Shown here: piece after piece, positions 9,121 through 18,807 of the stretch
Layout of the letters: every line of letters starts with the position of its first letter
Position numbering within the stretch: the first letter of the stretch is position 1
NCBI GenBank assembly: GCA_029935705.1
Contig: JAOZJU010000001.1
Span: forward strand, 162-64,161
From: Arcobacteraceae bacterium
Lineage (GTDB): Bacteria; Campylobacterota; Campylobacteria; Campylobacterales; Arcobacteraceae
Direction of reading: 5' to 3'
Length of the DNA: 64,000 bases
Notes under the pieces: model-generated
What the model saw: only the letters and a program-made list of their open reading frames with translations
The model's database searches: none
What the model was told of the DNA's origin: nothing
Made by a program: the position numbers and the translations under genes

Positions 9121-9788
9121 ATGTTTGCTCCAAAATTTGAGTTTATAAGTTTGTGTGTGTAGTTTTGTTGTGGTTTGCTAAGCACTTGCATAAGTTCTCC
9201 TTGTTCTACTATGGAACCATTTTTTATGACTATTATATCATCGCAAAATATTTTTGCTGTATTTATATCGTGTGTTATGTAGAGTATTTTTATATTGTAT
9301 CTTTGTTTGATTGATTTTATTATATTTAAAATTATCTTTTGATTTGTTTTGTCCAAAGATGTGGTAGGTTCATCCAGTAGTAAAAGTTTTGGTCGTTTTA
9401 GTAACACAAATGCCAAAACTACTCTTTGAAGCTGTCCTCCACTTAACTCTTTTGGAAATCTATCCAAAAACTCTATATCAAGATCTAAAGATACAAACAT
9501 ATCTTTTGCCTCATCTATATCGTGAAATAGCTGGTCTTTTATCTTTGTAAGTGGTGAAAGCGAGCGAAATGGATTTTGTGGCACTAGTGCTATATCTTTT
9601 GGTATATTCATATCACAATGTGTAGTTAAGTTTTCAGCTGACATACCTAGTATTGCTTTAGTGATAATACTTTTTCCACTTCCACTTTGTCCCACAAGTG
9701 CTGTGCTGTTGCGAATATCAAACTTGATCTCTACTAGAGTTTTGTTTTTATCTTTTATGATAAGTTTATTTATAGTAATATTTGTCAA
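9117..9788 (-). CDS. ABC transporter ATP-binding protein with no permease gene adjacent
   Basis: Walker A GQSGSGKS, signature LSGGQLQR, Walker B LLLLDEPT, H-loop ITHD. 4-nt overlaps with both gpmI and the PBP1A gene. Confidence 0.8.
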   Translation of the reverse strand: MTNITINKLIIKDKNKTLVEIKFDIRNSTALVGQSGSGKSIITKAILGMSAENLTTHCDMNIPKDIALVPQNPFRSLSPLTKIKDQLFHDIDEAKDMFVSLDLDIEFLDRFPKELSGGQLQRVVLAFVLLKRPKLLLLDEPTTSLDKTNQKIILNIIKSIKQRYNIKILYITHDINTAKIFCDDIIVIKNGSIVEQGELMQVLSKPQQNYTHKLINSNFGANI

Positions 9789-11260
9789 AATATCGCCTCG
9801 TCCATACTATGAGGTATAGGCAGTCCCATAAGTTTAAGCACAGTTGGTGCTATGTTTGATAGTTTGCCATCTTTTATATCTGTAACTTTGTTTGCTACAA
9901 CAAAACAGTAGACATCTCCTACAGTATGGTTTGTAAGTATATTGCCATCTTTGTCTTTCATCTTTTCACAGTTTCCATGGTCGCTTGTGATAACTATGTT
10001 GTAGTTCATATCTTTTGCTCTAATTAAAATCTCTTTTAAACATTTGTCCACAGTTTGCACCGCTTCTATGCTCGCTTCATAGTTTCCTGTATGTCCTACC
10101 ATATCGCCATTTGCAAAGTTTGCTACTATAAAATCAGTTCCATCGTTTATGCCTTGTATCACTACATCTTTGATCTTAAATGCTGACATTTGCGGAGCTT
10201 CATCATAACTTTTTATATCTAACGACGGGATTAAAACTCTTTTTTCATTTTTGAAGCTTTTCTCAACTCCACCATTGAAAAAAAATGTAACATGTGCATA
10301 CTTCTCTGTCTCTGCTGTATGTAGTTGAGTCAATCCATTTTTTGATATAATTTCACTCAATATATCTTTTGGAACATCTTTTTCAAATATCACATCTGTT
10401 TTGAAGTTATCGTCGTATGAACTCATAGTAGTTATAGTTATGTCCAATTTTTTAGTCTCAAACTTGTCAAAATCATCATAAACTAAACTTTGCACAAACT
10501 GTCTCATCCTATCGCTTCTAAAGTTTGAAAATATCACACCATCTTTATCTTTTATGCCATCAAAATTATCAAAACAAACAGGCGGTATAAACTCATCGAA
10601 GATACTCTTTTGATAGTTTGTTTGGATATATTGCTTTATGGTTTGTTTTGTTTTATTTTTGCCACAAACTATAGTGTCATAAGATTTTTGAACTCTTTGC
10701 CATCTGTTGTCTCTATCCATAGAAAAATACCTACCACCTAAAGATGCTATAGATATATCTTTGTCGCATATATCTTCTATTTGTTGGATATATCTCATAG
10801 CACTGTCTCTTAAAACATCTCTGCCATCTGTTATTATGTGTATATATACCTTTTTATTTTGTGTTTTTAGATATTTTGCTAAAGCTATTGTGTGGTTGAT
10901 ATGCGAATGAACTCCGCCATCACTTGTCAAGCCTATTAGATGAACTCTGTTTGAGTTTTGAATAGTTTTTTTAACTGTTTTGTTTTTAAACAGTTGACCA
11001 TCTTGAATACTTTTATTTATCTTCACCAAATCTTGATACAACACTCTACCAGCTCCTATGGTCATATGTCCCACTTCACTGTTGCCCATCTGTCCATCTG
11101 GCAAACCAACACTACTACCATAAGTTTTGATAAGGCTGTTTGGATAGTTTTCAAAAAGAGAATCATATGTAGGTTTATGAGCATTGAAAAAGGCATTTGC
11201 ATTGGAAGATGGATTGTGTCCTATGCCGTCTGTGATTATTAGGATTGTTTTTTTATTCAT
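9785..11260 (-). CDS. gpmI: 2,3-bisphosphoglycerate-independent phosphoglycerate mutase
   Basis: ILIITDGIG, NSEVGHMTIGAGR, SDGGVHSH and ITSDHGN motifs. The start is set at ATG 11260 (MNKKTIL); the 18-codon extension is rejected. Confidence 0.9.
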   Translation of the reverse strand: MNKKTILIITDGIGHNPSSNANAFFNAHKPTYDSLFENYPNSLIKTYGSSVGLPDGQMGNSEVGHMTIGAGRVLYQDLVKINKSIQDGQLFKNKTVKKTIQNSNRVHLIGLTSDGGVHSHINHTIALAKYLKTQNKKVYIHIITDGRDVLRDSAMRYIQQIEDICDKDISIASLGGRYFSMDRDNRWQRVQKSYDTIVCGKNKTKQTIKQYIQTNYQKSIFDEFIPPVCFDNFDGIKDKDGVIFSNFRSDRMRQFVQSLVYDDFDKFETKKLDITITTMSSYDDNFKTDVIFEKDVPKDILSEIISKNGLTQLHTAETEKYAHVTFFFNGGVEKSFKNEKRVLIPSLDIKSYDEAPQMSAFKIKDVVIQGINDGTDFIVANFANGDMVGHTGNYEASIEAVQTVDKCLKEILIRAKDMNYNIVITSDHGNCEKMKDKDGNILTNHTVGDVYCFVVANKVTDIKDGKLSNIAPTVLKLMGLPIPHSMDEAIF

Positions 11261-11393
11261 ATCATATTCTATCATAAAAATATAAAACTTCAACACACCG
11301 CTAAACCAATACACTCACAAAAGAGTAAAGATACAACTGAACCTTTTAGTTTCTTAAAAGTTTTCTTGTATTAGCAGATGGTTTAGCTACTAT

Positions 11394-12818
11394 CTATCCT
11401 TGTAGAGCTATTTTCAATAGTTTATTAACTGTTTTTGGGTTTGCTTTGCCCTTGCTTGCTTTCATCACTTCTCCTACAAAAAACCCAAAAAGTTTATCTT
11501 TGCCATTTTTATATGCTGTAACTTTATCTTCATGTTCTTTTATGATATTGTTTATCAGCTCAACTATAGCACCATCGTCACTAATTTGTGCCAAACCTAA
11601 TTTGCTTATTGCATCTTCTACTTCCATATCGCTTGTCATAAGAAAATCAAGCACCTGTTTGCCGGCTTTGCCGCTTATTTTATCATCCTCTATAGAGCAT
11701 ACAAGTTGTGCTAACTTCTTTGCACTTATAGGTGAAGATGATATATTTTGTCCATCTTTAAACCTACCTAAAAGCTCTACACAAAGCCAAGATGAAGCTA
11801 TCTTAGCAGATGCACCGAAACTTAACATTTGCTCAAAATAGTTTGCCATATCTTTTGTGACAGTCAGCAACTCTATCTCATCTTTTTTCAAACCAAAACT
11901 TTTTTCAAATCTTTCTTTTTTTGCTTGTGGCAACTCTGGGATATCTTTGTGTTGTTTTATCATCTCGTCGCTTATAATAAGTGGCAACAGATCAGGATCA
12001 GGAAAATATCTATAATCAGCAGCATCCTCTTTGCCTCGCATACTTACGGTCTTTGAGCTGTTTATATCAAAAAGTCTAGTCTCTTGAACCACCTCTTTGT
12101 CATACAATCCATCTTCCCATGCTTGAATTTGACGATCGACCTCATAGTTTATAGCTTTTTCTATAAACTTAAAGCTATTCATATTTTTTATCTCACATCT
12201 TGTGTATAGTTTTGTTTCCCCTTTTGGTCTTATTGATATATTTACATCACACCTGAAACTTCCCTCTTGCATATTTGCATCGCTTATATCTATATATCGC
12301 ACTATTTGATGTAGTTTTTTTAAGTATGCTATAGCTTCATCGCTACTTCTCATATCTGGGTGGGTTACTATCTCTAAAAGTGGAGTTCCTGCACGATTTA
12401 AATCAACTTTGCTGTGGTTGCCGTCGTGTATATTTTTTCCTGCATCATTTTCCAGATGTGCTCTTTGGATTCTGATCGTTTTTTTATGTCCATCTACTTC
12501 TATATCAAGAAAACCATCGCTAACTACTGGCACTTCAAACTGTGATATTTGATATCCTGTAGGTAGGTCTGGATAAAAATAGTTTTTTCTATTGAACATT
12601 GATTTTTGATTTACTTTTGCACCTATTGCACTTGATAGCTTTATAGCTTTATGGACAGCTTCTATATTGATAGTAGGCAAACCGCCGGGCAATCCAATAC
12701 AAGTAGGGCATATATTTGTGTTTGGTTTTTCCCCAAAACTTGTAGCACAACTACACCACAATTTTGTTTTTGTGTTAAGTTGTGCATGGACTTCCAATCC
12801 TATAATTGTCTCGAACAT
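11394..12818 (-). CDS. gatB: Asp/Glu-tRNA amidotransferase subunit B
   Basis: [42 protein letters not shown] and a C-terminal YqeY-like tail. Confidence 0.95.
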   Translation of the reverse strand: MFETIIGLEVHAQLNTKTKLWCSCATSFGEKPNTNICPTCIGLPGGLPTINIEAVHKAIKLSSAIGAKVNQKSMFNRKNYFYPDLPTGYQISQFEVPVVSDGFLDIEVDGHKKTIRIQRAHLENDAGKNIHDGNHSKVDLNRAGTPLLEIVTHPDMRSSDEAIAYLKKLHQIVRYIDISDANMQEGSFRCDVNISIRPKGETKLYTRCEIKNMNSFKFIEKAINYEVDRQIQAWEDGLYDKEVVQETRLFDINSSKTVSMRGKEDAADYRYFPDPDLLPLIISDEMIKQHKDIPELPQAKKERFEKSFGLKKDEIELLTVTKDMANYFEQMLSFGASAKIASSWLCVELLGRFKDGQNISSSPISAKKLAQLVCSIEDDKISGKAGKQVLDFLMTSDMEVEDAISKLGLAQISDDGAIVELINNIIKEHEDKVTAYKNGKDKLFGFFVGEVMKASKGKANPKTVNKLLKIALQG

Positions 12819-12826
12819 TTTTTCTC

Positions 12827-13420
12827 CTATCTTATCATTTGTATATCTGTTGTGATTCTTAGTTTGTAAAAATAATTTTTCAAAAACTTACTCTCTTTTT
12901 CTTTTAAAATAGTAGCATATATTGATTGTTTGACTTTTTCAAACGGATAAACTCTCATACTATTTCCTATAGCATACCTTTTTATGTTGTTGTTATAATA
13001 AATTTTCAACTCTTCTTCACTTGGTTTGCTTATCTCTTTTTGAGACAATACACCTATTAGTTTATACTTTTTTATCTCTGTTTTGATATCATCTTTAAAC
13101 TTCTCTATATCTTTTTGTTTTTTAACCTCTATGATAAACTGCTCTTTGGATATATTGTTTTTAGCTGATAGATTATCTATATAATCCTCCACCTCTTCAT
13201 CTAAAACTGTAATTTCATTTTTTTCTATCTCTATGAACATAAGTTTTTCGTTTATCAATAAATCAATAGCTTGCTGTCTTGTCAGTTTGCTCTCTTGTAC
13301 TCTTTTGTCTATATCATATAAGGTTATGATATGTGTGCCATTTATCTTGATAGCAATACCATTAATCAAACCTGCATTTAGCAATAATATTGGGAAAATT
13401 AAAATTAAAATATATCTCAT
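12827..13420 (-). CDS. Periplasmic chaperone-like protein (SurA N-terminal-domain type, no PPIase domain)
   Basis: Signal peptide [16 protein letters not shown]. The helical domain has the [13 protein letters not shown] pattern seen in SurA_N/PpiD-like chaperones. 197 aa. Confidence 0.5.
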   Translation of the reverse strand: MRYILILIFPILLLNAGLINGIAIKINGTHIITLYDIDKRVQESKLTRQQAIDLLINEKLMFIEIEKNEITVLDEEVEDYIDNLSAKNNISKEQFIIEVKKQKDIEKFKDDIKTEIKKYKLIGVLSQKEISKPSEEELKIYYNNNIKRYAIGNSMRVYPFEKVKQSIYATILKEKESKFLKNYFYKLRITTDIQMIR

Positions 13421-13426
13421 TTAAGC

Positions 13427-13435
13427 ATTTTATCA
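13427..13435 (-). promoter_or_regulatory. Extended -10 (TGaTAAAAT) placed 6 nt upstream of the ATG at 13420
   Basis: The minus strand reads TGATAAAAT-GCTTAA-ATG. No SD fits in the 6-nt spacer, so this is a leaderless-type arrangement. Confidence 0.4.
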
Positions 13436-13470
13436 TATAATTCTAAAAAAAGCGAGATTTAAGCAGATAT

Positions 13471-14505
13471 ATGAATAAAATAATTTTAAACAACCCTTTG
13501 GATATGCACCTACACTTAAGAGACTACGATATGCTTAAACTTGTGGCACCTTTGAGCTCAAAACAGTTTAGTGGTGCTTTGATTATGCCAAATCTTGTTC
13601 CGCCTATTACTACTAAAGATATGTTAAAAGATTATAAAAAAAGGATACAACTATCAACATCAAATGATAACTTTGAAGCTTATATGACAATCTTTTTTCA
13701 GCTTTATGATAAAAAATTTTTAGAAGATATCAAAGATGATATCACTGCTATAAAATTATACCCAGCTGGTATCACTACAAATAGCGACGGTGGTATAAGT
13801 AGTTTTGATATAGAGACTCTAAGAGCTACTTTAGAAGCTATGAGCGACTTAAATATACCTTTATCTATACATGGAGAAAGCGACGGTTTTGTGATGGACA
13901 GAGAAAATGAGTTTTTGCCTATTTATGAAAAACTAGCGGTAAATTTTCCAAATCTTAAGATAATTATGGAGCATATCACCACAAAAGAGGCTTGTGATAT
14001 GGTGCTAAAATACGACAATTTGTTTGCTACAATTACTTTGCATCATCTTTTAATCACACTTGATGATCTAGCTGGTGGATTGTTAAAACCTCATCTTTTT
14101 TGCAAACCAATAGCTAAAAGATATGAGGACAAAAAAGCACTCTTGTTTCTTGCAACAAGTGGCAACGACAAAGTGATGTTTGGAAGTGACTCTGCCCCAC
14201 ACCCAACGAGCAAAAAAGAGAGTTGTGGCTGTGCAGCTGGTATCTTTACAGCACCTATTGCTTTGCAATATCTTGTAGATATATTTATCAAAGATAGTTT
14301 TGATGAAAATCAAATAAAAACAGCCACGAAAAATTTACAAAAATTTTTAAGCTACAATGCTGTAAAAATATATGGCATCAAACCTACAAAAAAACAAATA
14401 ACGATTGTAAAAAAACCGTTTAAAATACCCGCAAACTACACATATGGCGATATAGTTGTAACTCCAATGGATGCAAACGAGCAGATAAACTGGAGTATAT
14501 TATGA
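13471..14505 (+). CDS. pyrC: Dihydroorotase (class II)
   Basis: LDMHLHLRD, MPNLVPP, KLYPAG, HGE, EHITT and GSDSAPH motifs. Confidence 0.9.
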   Translation: MNKIILNNPLDMHLHLRDYDMLKLVAPLSSKQFSGALIMPNLVPPITTKDMLKDYKKRIQLSTSNDNFEAYMTIFFQLYDKKFLEDIKDDITAIKLYPAGITTNSDGGISSFDIETLRATLEAMSDLNIPLSIHGESDGFVMDRENEFLPIYEKLAVNFPNLKIIMEHITTKEACDMVLKYDNLFATITLHHLLITLDDLAGGLLKPHLFCKPIAKRYEDKKALLFLATSGNDKVMFGSDSAPHPTSKKESCGCAAGIFTAPIALQYLVDIFIKDSFDENQIKTATKNLQKFLSYNAVKIYGIKPTKKQITIVKKPFKIPANYTYGDIVVTPMDANEQINWSIL

Positions 14506-14702
14506 GAGTTGGTATTTTTTTAATTGTTGTTAGTGTTGGCATATTTTTTCTTATTTCAAAACTAAGAGTTACAAAAGATTTAGTCAAACAATTTGGTTTG
14601 TTTTTAGCTATATCGCTGTTTGTTTATGGTATCATACTGATGATTCAACCAAACAGCAATAGCTATGTAAAATACACAGATACCACCATAGAAAAAAAAT
14701 AG
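14502..14702 (+). CDS. Small two-TM membrane protein (66 aa)
   Basis: ATGA overlap with the pyrC stop and a 1-nt overlap (TAGTG) with the next gene. Two hydrophobic helices. Confidence 0.4.
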   Translation: MRVGIFLIVVSVGIFFLISKLRVTKDLVKQFGLFLAISLFVYGIILMIQPNSNSYVKYTDTTIEKK

Positions 14703-15616
14703 TGTCAAATATAATCTTTGGTCCTATCAACTCAAGGCGATTTGGTTCAAGTCTTGGGGTTGATCTCTCACCTTTTACAAAACAGTGTAACTTTGATTGT
14801 CTATATTGTGAACTTTTGCCAGCAAAAACAACTGATAAACAAATATCCACAATCTTGCCACAAAATATCATAAAAGAGTTAAAAATTGCACTTTTAAAAT
14901 ATCCAAAGATAGATGTCATAACATTTACAGCAAATGGGGAACCTACCATCTATCCACATTTAGATGAATTGATGATGATGGTTAATAAAATCAAACAAAA
15001 GAAAAAAACACTTATTTTGTCAAATGGTGGAAATATATACAAAAAAGATATTCAAAATAGTTTAAAAATTTTTGATATAGTCAAACTTTCGCTTGATTGT
15101 TTAGATGAGAACTGTTTTCGAAAATTGGATAGAGTAGATAAAACAGTAGATACTCAAAAAATAGTTGATGGTATGATATCTTTTCGCAAAATATATCACA
15201 AACAGTTGATTTTGGAAACTATGTTTGTCAAAAATATAAATGACAAACCATCTCACATAAAATCACTTTATCACTCCTACAAACAGATAAAAGCAGACAG
15301 AATAGATATAAGCACCATAGATAGACCACCAGCATACGATGTCAAACCACTCACATATGAAGAGTTGTCAAATATTGCTTCAAACTTCACTGCTTTAAAT
15401 GTCACAATTGCTTCAAAAAATAAAAATATTCAGCAAAACAGTTATGACAAAGATGAGATTGTCAATTTATTGCAAAAAAGGCCATTGGCAACTGATGATA
15501 TAAACATATTGTTTGATGAAAACTCCAAACTAAAACTTCAAGAACTTATAAAAGAGAAGAAAATTTATATAAAAAAAATAGCTGGAGTTGGTTTTTTTAA
15601 GCTTCATATGATATAA
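14702..15616 (+). CDS. Radical SAM protein
   Basis: GTG start. GPINSRRFGSSLGVDLSP...CNFDCLYCE contains the CxxxCxxC cluster motif. 304 aa. Confidence 0.75.
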   Translation: MSNIIFGPINSRRFGSSLGVDLSPFTKQCNFDCLYCELLPAKTTDKQISTILPQNIIKELKIALLKYPKIDVITFTANGEPTIYPHLDELMMMVNKIKQKKKTLILSNGGNIYKKDIQNSLKIFDIVKLSLDCLDENCFRKLDRVDKTVDTQKIVDGMISFRKIYHKQLILETMFVKNINDKPSHIKSLYHSYKQIKADRIDISTIDRPPAYDVKPLTYEELSNIASNFTALNVTIASKNKNIQQNSYDKDEIVNLLQKRPLATDDINILFDENSKLKLQELIKEKKIYIKKIAGVGFFKLHMI

Positions 15617-15639
15617 TGTGAAACTTTTTTAAGTGATGT

Positions 15640-15714
15640 TCCGGTATAGCTCAGCGGTAGAGTAGATGACTGTTAATCATTTGGCCCCTGGTTCGAATCC
15701 AGGTACCGGAGCCA
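15640..15714 (+). tRNA. tRNA-Asn (anticodon GTT)
   Basis: Hand-folded cloverleaf. Acceptor TCCGGTA/TACCGGA, D-arm GCTC-AGCGGTA-GAGT, anticodon arm GATGA-CTGTTAA-TCATT (GTT at 15672-15674), T-arm CCTGG-TTCGAAT-CCAGG, discriminator G and encoded CCA. Confidence 0.95.
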
Positions 15715-15747
15715 CAATTTAAATTTTATCAAATTATTTTTACAATT

Positions 15748-16188
15748 TTAATCATTTTTACAATCTTTGCAAACTCCATAGAGATACATAGTATGGTCCA
15801 TAAGTTCAAAACCATATGATCGTGCGATGTTTTTTTGTTCGTTTTCTATAGTTTCATTGATAAACTCAATAATTTTATCGCATCTTATACATACAAGATG
15901 GTCATGGTGGGTTTCATTGTTTATCTCGTATTTTTTAATACCCTTCTCAAGAGTGATAGAGGATATCAAAGCAACCTCTTCAAGAAACAGAAGTGACCTA
16001 TAGACTGTAGCTATACCTATATTTTGATCAATTCCTTTTTTTTTGATATGGTTGTATATCTCTTCTGTTGTTAGATGTTTTTTGGATTTGTTTACCACTT
16101 CTAAAACGATTTCTCGTTGTTTTGTGTATTTTAGACCTTTTATTTTAACTATCTGTTTTAGTTGCTCTATTAGTTTTTCCTTTTTCAT
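15748..16188 (-). CDS. Fur family metalloregulator (Fur or PerR; not distinguishable here)
   Basis: Winged-helix N-terminus, HHDHLVCIRCDKIIEF and a C-terminal CKDC zinc site. AAGGAG SD 5 nt upstream. Confidence 0.85.
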   Translation of the reverse strand: MKKEKLIEQLKQIVKIKGLKYTKQREIVLEVVNKSKKHLTTEEIYNHIKKKGIDQNIGIATVYRSLLFLEEVALISSITLEKGIKKYEINNETHHDHLVCIRCDKIIEFINETIENEQKNIARSYGFELMDHTMYLYGVCKDCKND

Positions 16189-16258
16189 TCATCTCCTTTA
16201 TTTCAACAATTTTTAAGTTATATTATGATATTATACTATATAAAAATTAAGGAAGATT

Positions 16259-17035
16259 ATGAAAAGTTTGAAAATAGGAAAATATGAGTTAAATAGTAGA
16301 CTAATAGTTGGAAGCGGAAAATATGAAAACTTCCAACAAACCAAAGATGCCACTATAGCAAGTGGCAGTGAGCTTATCACTGTAGCTATAAGACGGGTCA
16401 ATATCACAAACAAAAACGAAGAGAATCTTTTGGATTATTTTAAAGATACAAATATCAAGCTTCTTCCTAACTCTGCTGGATGTTTTACAGCAGATGAAGC
16501 TATAAATACTTTCAGACTTATGAGAGAAGCTACAAATATAGATATTATCAAGCTTGAAGTTATAGCAGATGCTAAAAAAACTCTATATCCAGATGTGATA
16601 GAGACAATCAAAGCTTGCAAAATATTAAAAGATGATGGTTTTACAGTTATGGCATACACAAGCGACGACCCAATTATCGCAAAAAAATTAGAAGATGCAG
16701 GTGCAGATGCTGTCATGCCACTTGCTGCTCCTATTGGTAGTGGGTTAGGAGTGCAAAATCCATACAATATAGCATTTATCAAAGATGCAGTTTGTGTACC
16801 TGTGATAGTCGATGCTGGACTTGGGTCTGCTAGTGATGCTAGCTGGGCTATGGAGTTAGGAGCTGATGCTATATTGGCAAATACTGCTATAGCTCAAGCT
16901 AAAGATCCAATAAATATGGCAAAAGCATTCAAATATGCTACCATAGCAGGGCGACTTAGTTATCTCTCTGGACGAATACCAAAAAAGCCTTATGCTACTG
17001 CTAGTAGTCCAATAGATGGCTTGATACAATTTTAA
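16259..17035 (+). CDS. thiG: Thiazole synthase
   Basis: [33 protein letters not shown] and VIVDAGLG motifs. Confidence 0.95.
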   Translation: MKSLKIGKYELNSRLIVGSGKYENFQQTKDATIASGSELITVAIRRVNITNKNEENLLDYFKDTNIKLLPNSAGCFTADEAINTFRLMREATNIDIIKLEVIADAKKTLYPDVIETIKACKILKDDGFTVMAYTSDDPIIAKKLEDAGADAVMPLAAPIGSGLGVQNPYNIAFIKDAVCVPVIVDAGLGSASDASWAMELGADAILANTAIAQAKDPINMAKAFKYATIAGRLSYLSGRIPKKPYATASSPIDGLIQF

Positions 17036-17049
17036 TATTAGGAGAATTT

Positions 17050-18417
17050 ATGAAAATAATTATTATGATTTTTACGGTTGTGTTGTTTTTACACTCACAA
17101 TCAATCACATTTGACAAAGCTGTGAGCAATCCTCATAGAATATATCCAAACAACAGCAGTAGTATATTGTCATATAGCACAAATATAAAAAATATAAAAA
17201 ACTCTATAGTCAATATATCAACTCAAGAAAAAATAAACAACCAAAGAGTTCAAAGAGAGTTTAATGATCCATTTTTTGAGCAATTTTTTGGCAAACAGTT
17301 TCACAGACGAACACCAAGACAACAGATAAAAAGATCTTTGGGTTCTGGTGTCATTTTGTCAAAAGATGGATATATAGTTACAAATGCCCATGTAGTTAAA
17401 TCTGCTACAAAAATTATGGTCTCTATAGGCGATACAGACAAACAATACGAAGCAAAACTTATAGGTGTAGATATAGATAGCGATATAGGTGTCATCAAAA
17501 TAAAACACAACAATCTTAAACCAATAAAAGTAGGTTCATCAGATCATCTTGAAGTTGGTGATGTAGTATTTGCTATTGGTAACCCTTTTGGAGTTGGACA
17601 AACTGTTACAAAAGGTATAATATCTGCTTTAAATAAAGATAGAGTTGGCATAAACAAATATGAGAATTTTATACAAACAGATGCATCTATAAATCCTGGC
17701 AATTCTGGTGGTGCTTTGGTTGATAGCAGAGGAGTTTTGATAGGTATAAACAGTGCAATAGTAAGTAGAGGTGGAGGCAACAATGGCATAGGTTTTGCAA
17801 TACCTGTGACTATGGTCAAAAATATAGCACAAAAACTTATAAAATACGGCAAAGTAACTCGTGGGTATTTGGGTGTAAGTATCAAAAATTTAAACAAAGA
17901 GGTAAAACCTCTATACACAAAAGAACAAGGTGCCATCATAATAGATGTAGCCAAAGGTTCAAGTGCCGAAAAATATGGGCTACAAAGAGGTGATTTGGTA
18001 TACCAAATAAACAACAAAACGATAAAAGATGCAAATGATTTTATGCGAGCTATTGGTTCACATAAACCAAACGATAGAGTGCTTTTGTATATAGAAAGAG
18101 ATAAAAACAATAAAATAATCAATGTCAAATTAGGGAGCAAAAATAGCCCATTTGGTATATCAAACAATAAAAACATATTTGACGGTGCTATGATAAAATA
18201 CAACAAAGATAAAAACAATATACAAATAACAAAAATAAAACCAAACAGCAAAGCAGACAAATTGGGACTAATAGTAGGCGATATTATAGTGCAGATTGAA
18301 GCTATGGAGATAAGAAACTATGAAGATATTAAAAAAGCAACAAAAAGATATAAAAATAAAACAAAAAGAGTATATATAAGAAGAGGTTCGCAGATATATA
18401 TGATAATAGCGAAATAG
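17050..18417 (+). CDS. htrA: Periplasmic serine endoprotease HtrA/DegP with two PDZ domains
   Basis: Signal peptide, catalytic TNAHV, DIGVIKI and GNSGGAL, followed by PDZ-like GAIIIDV...GDLVYQIN and GDIIVQIE. Confidence 0.9.
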   Translation: MKIIIMIFTVVLFLHSQSITFDKAVSNPHRIYPNNSSSILSYSTNIKNIKNSIVNISTQEKINNQRVQREFNDPFFEQFFGKQFHRRTPRQQIKRSLGSGVILSKDGYIVTNAHVVKSATKIMVSIGDTDKQYEAKLIGVDIDSDIGVIKIKHNNLKPIKVGSSDHLEVGDVVFAIGNPFGVGQTVTKGIISALNKDRVGINKYENFIQTDASINPGNSGGALVDSRGVLIGINSAIVSRGGGNNGIGFAIPVTMVKNIAQKLIKYGKVTRGYLGVSIKNLNKEVKPLYTKEQGAIIIDVAKGSSAEKYGLQRGDLVYQINNKTIKDANDFMRAIGSHKPNDRVLLYIERDKNNKIINVKLGSKNSPFGISNNKNIFDGAMIKYNKDKNNIQITKIKPNSKADKLGLIVGDIIVQIEAMEIRNYEDIKKATKRYKNKTKRVYIRRGSQIYMIIAK

Positions 18418-18421
18418 AAGT

Positions 18422-18525
18422 ACTCCTTTCCAGATACCTCAACACACCAAAAATCAAGGTGCCTTGCTATGTTCCCATCCTGGGGCAGTGCCTTGAAGTT
18501 TGATTGCCAAGGTCTAAAAAGAAGT
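18422..18525 (-). ncRNA. ffs: Small bacterial SRP RNA (4.5S RNA)
   Basis: The minus strand has the domain IV core CCAGG-AUG-GGAA-CAU-AGCAA (GGAA tetraloop flanked by AGG/AGCA loop residues). Around it are stems UGCC/GGCA, CAAGG/CCUUG, ACCUUGGCAAUCAAA/UUUGGUGUGUUGAGGU and ACUUCUUUUUAG/CUGGAAAGGAGU, giving one ~104-nt hairpin. It is a GC-richer island in an otherwise non-coding gap. A TGcTATAAT lies 6 nt upstream of the predicted 5' end. Confidence 0.7.
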
Positions 18526-18530
18526 TTGTT

Positions 18531-18539
18531 ATTATAGCA
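18531..18539 (-). promoter_or_regulatory. Extended -10 (TGcTATAAT) for the SRP RNA
   Basis: The minus strand reads TTGCTATAAT-AACAA-ACUUC... This puts the start site at the first paired base of the SRP RNA hairpin. Confidence 0.5.
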
Positions 18540-18561
18540 AATAAAACTTAAAATAAGATGA

Positions 18562-18807
18562 TTATATCTCTTTTATATACAAATGTTGTTGTGATTTTGG
18601 GGTTGATTTGCCAGTAGGTATCTGCAAAACTTCATATTTTTTTTCATTTTCAAGATATGTTATAGTGACAATATCCCCTATCTTGATATCTTTTGCCTTT
18701 TTTATAGTTATATTGTTTACTTTTACAACTGAACTATTTATCATATCGCTTGCTACTGCTCTTCTTTTGGTGATATTTACACTATTTAGAAACTTGTCTA
18801 TTCTCAT
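18562..18807 (-). CDS. S4-domain RNA-binding protein (Hsp15/YabO-like)
   Basis: [32 protein letters not shown]...GDIVTI is an S4 alpha-L motif. 81 aa, with a 4-nt overlap with the upstream gene. Confidence 0.7.
   Translation of the reverse strand: MRIDKFLNSVNITKRRAVASDMINSSVVKVNNITIKKAKDIKIGDIVTITYLENEKKYEVLQIPTGKSTPKSQQHLYIKEI

Noticed and set aside
16189-16258. Possible TPP riboswitch or Fur box in the fur / thiG divergent region.
   Set aside because: The gap is only 70 nt and lacks the CUGAGA/ACCUGA core of TPP riboswitches. The TATTATGATATTATAC stretch only loosely resembles NATWAT hexamer arrays and is indistinguishable from background AT-rich promoter sequence.
17544-18260. 238-aa ORF antisense to htrA, strikingly long for an AT-rich genome.
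   Set aside because: It lies entirely inside a confidently identified gene. Its product is low-complexity and hydrophobic (F/L/I/P-rich), as expected from reading K/N/G/I-rich codons backwards. It has no SD or promoter of its own. I treat it as a shadow ORF.
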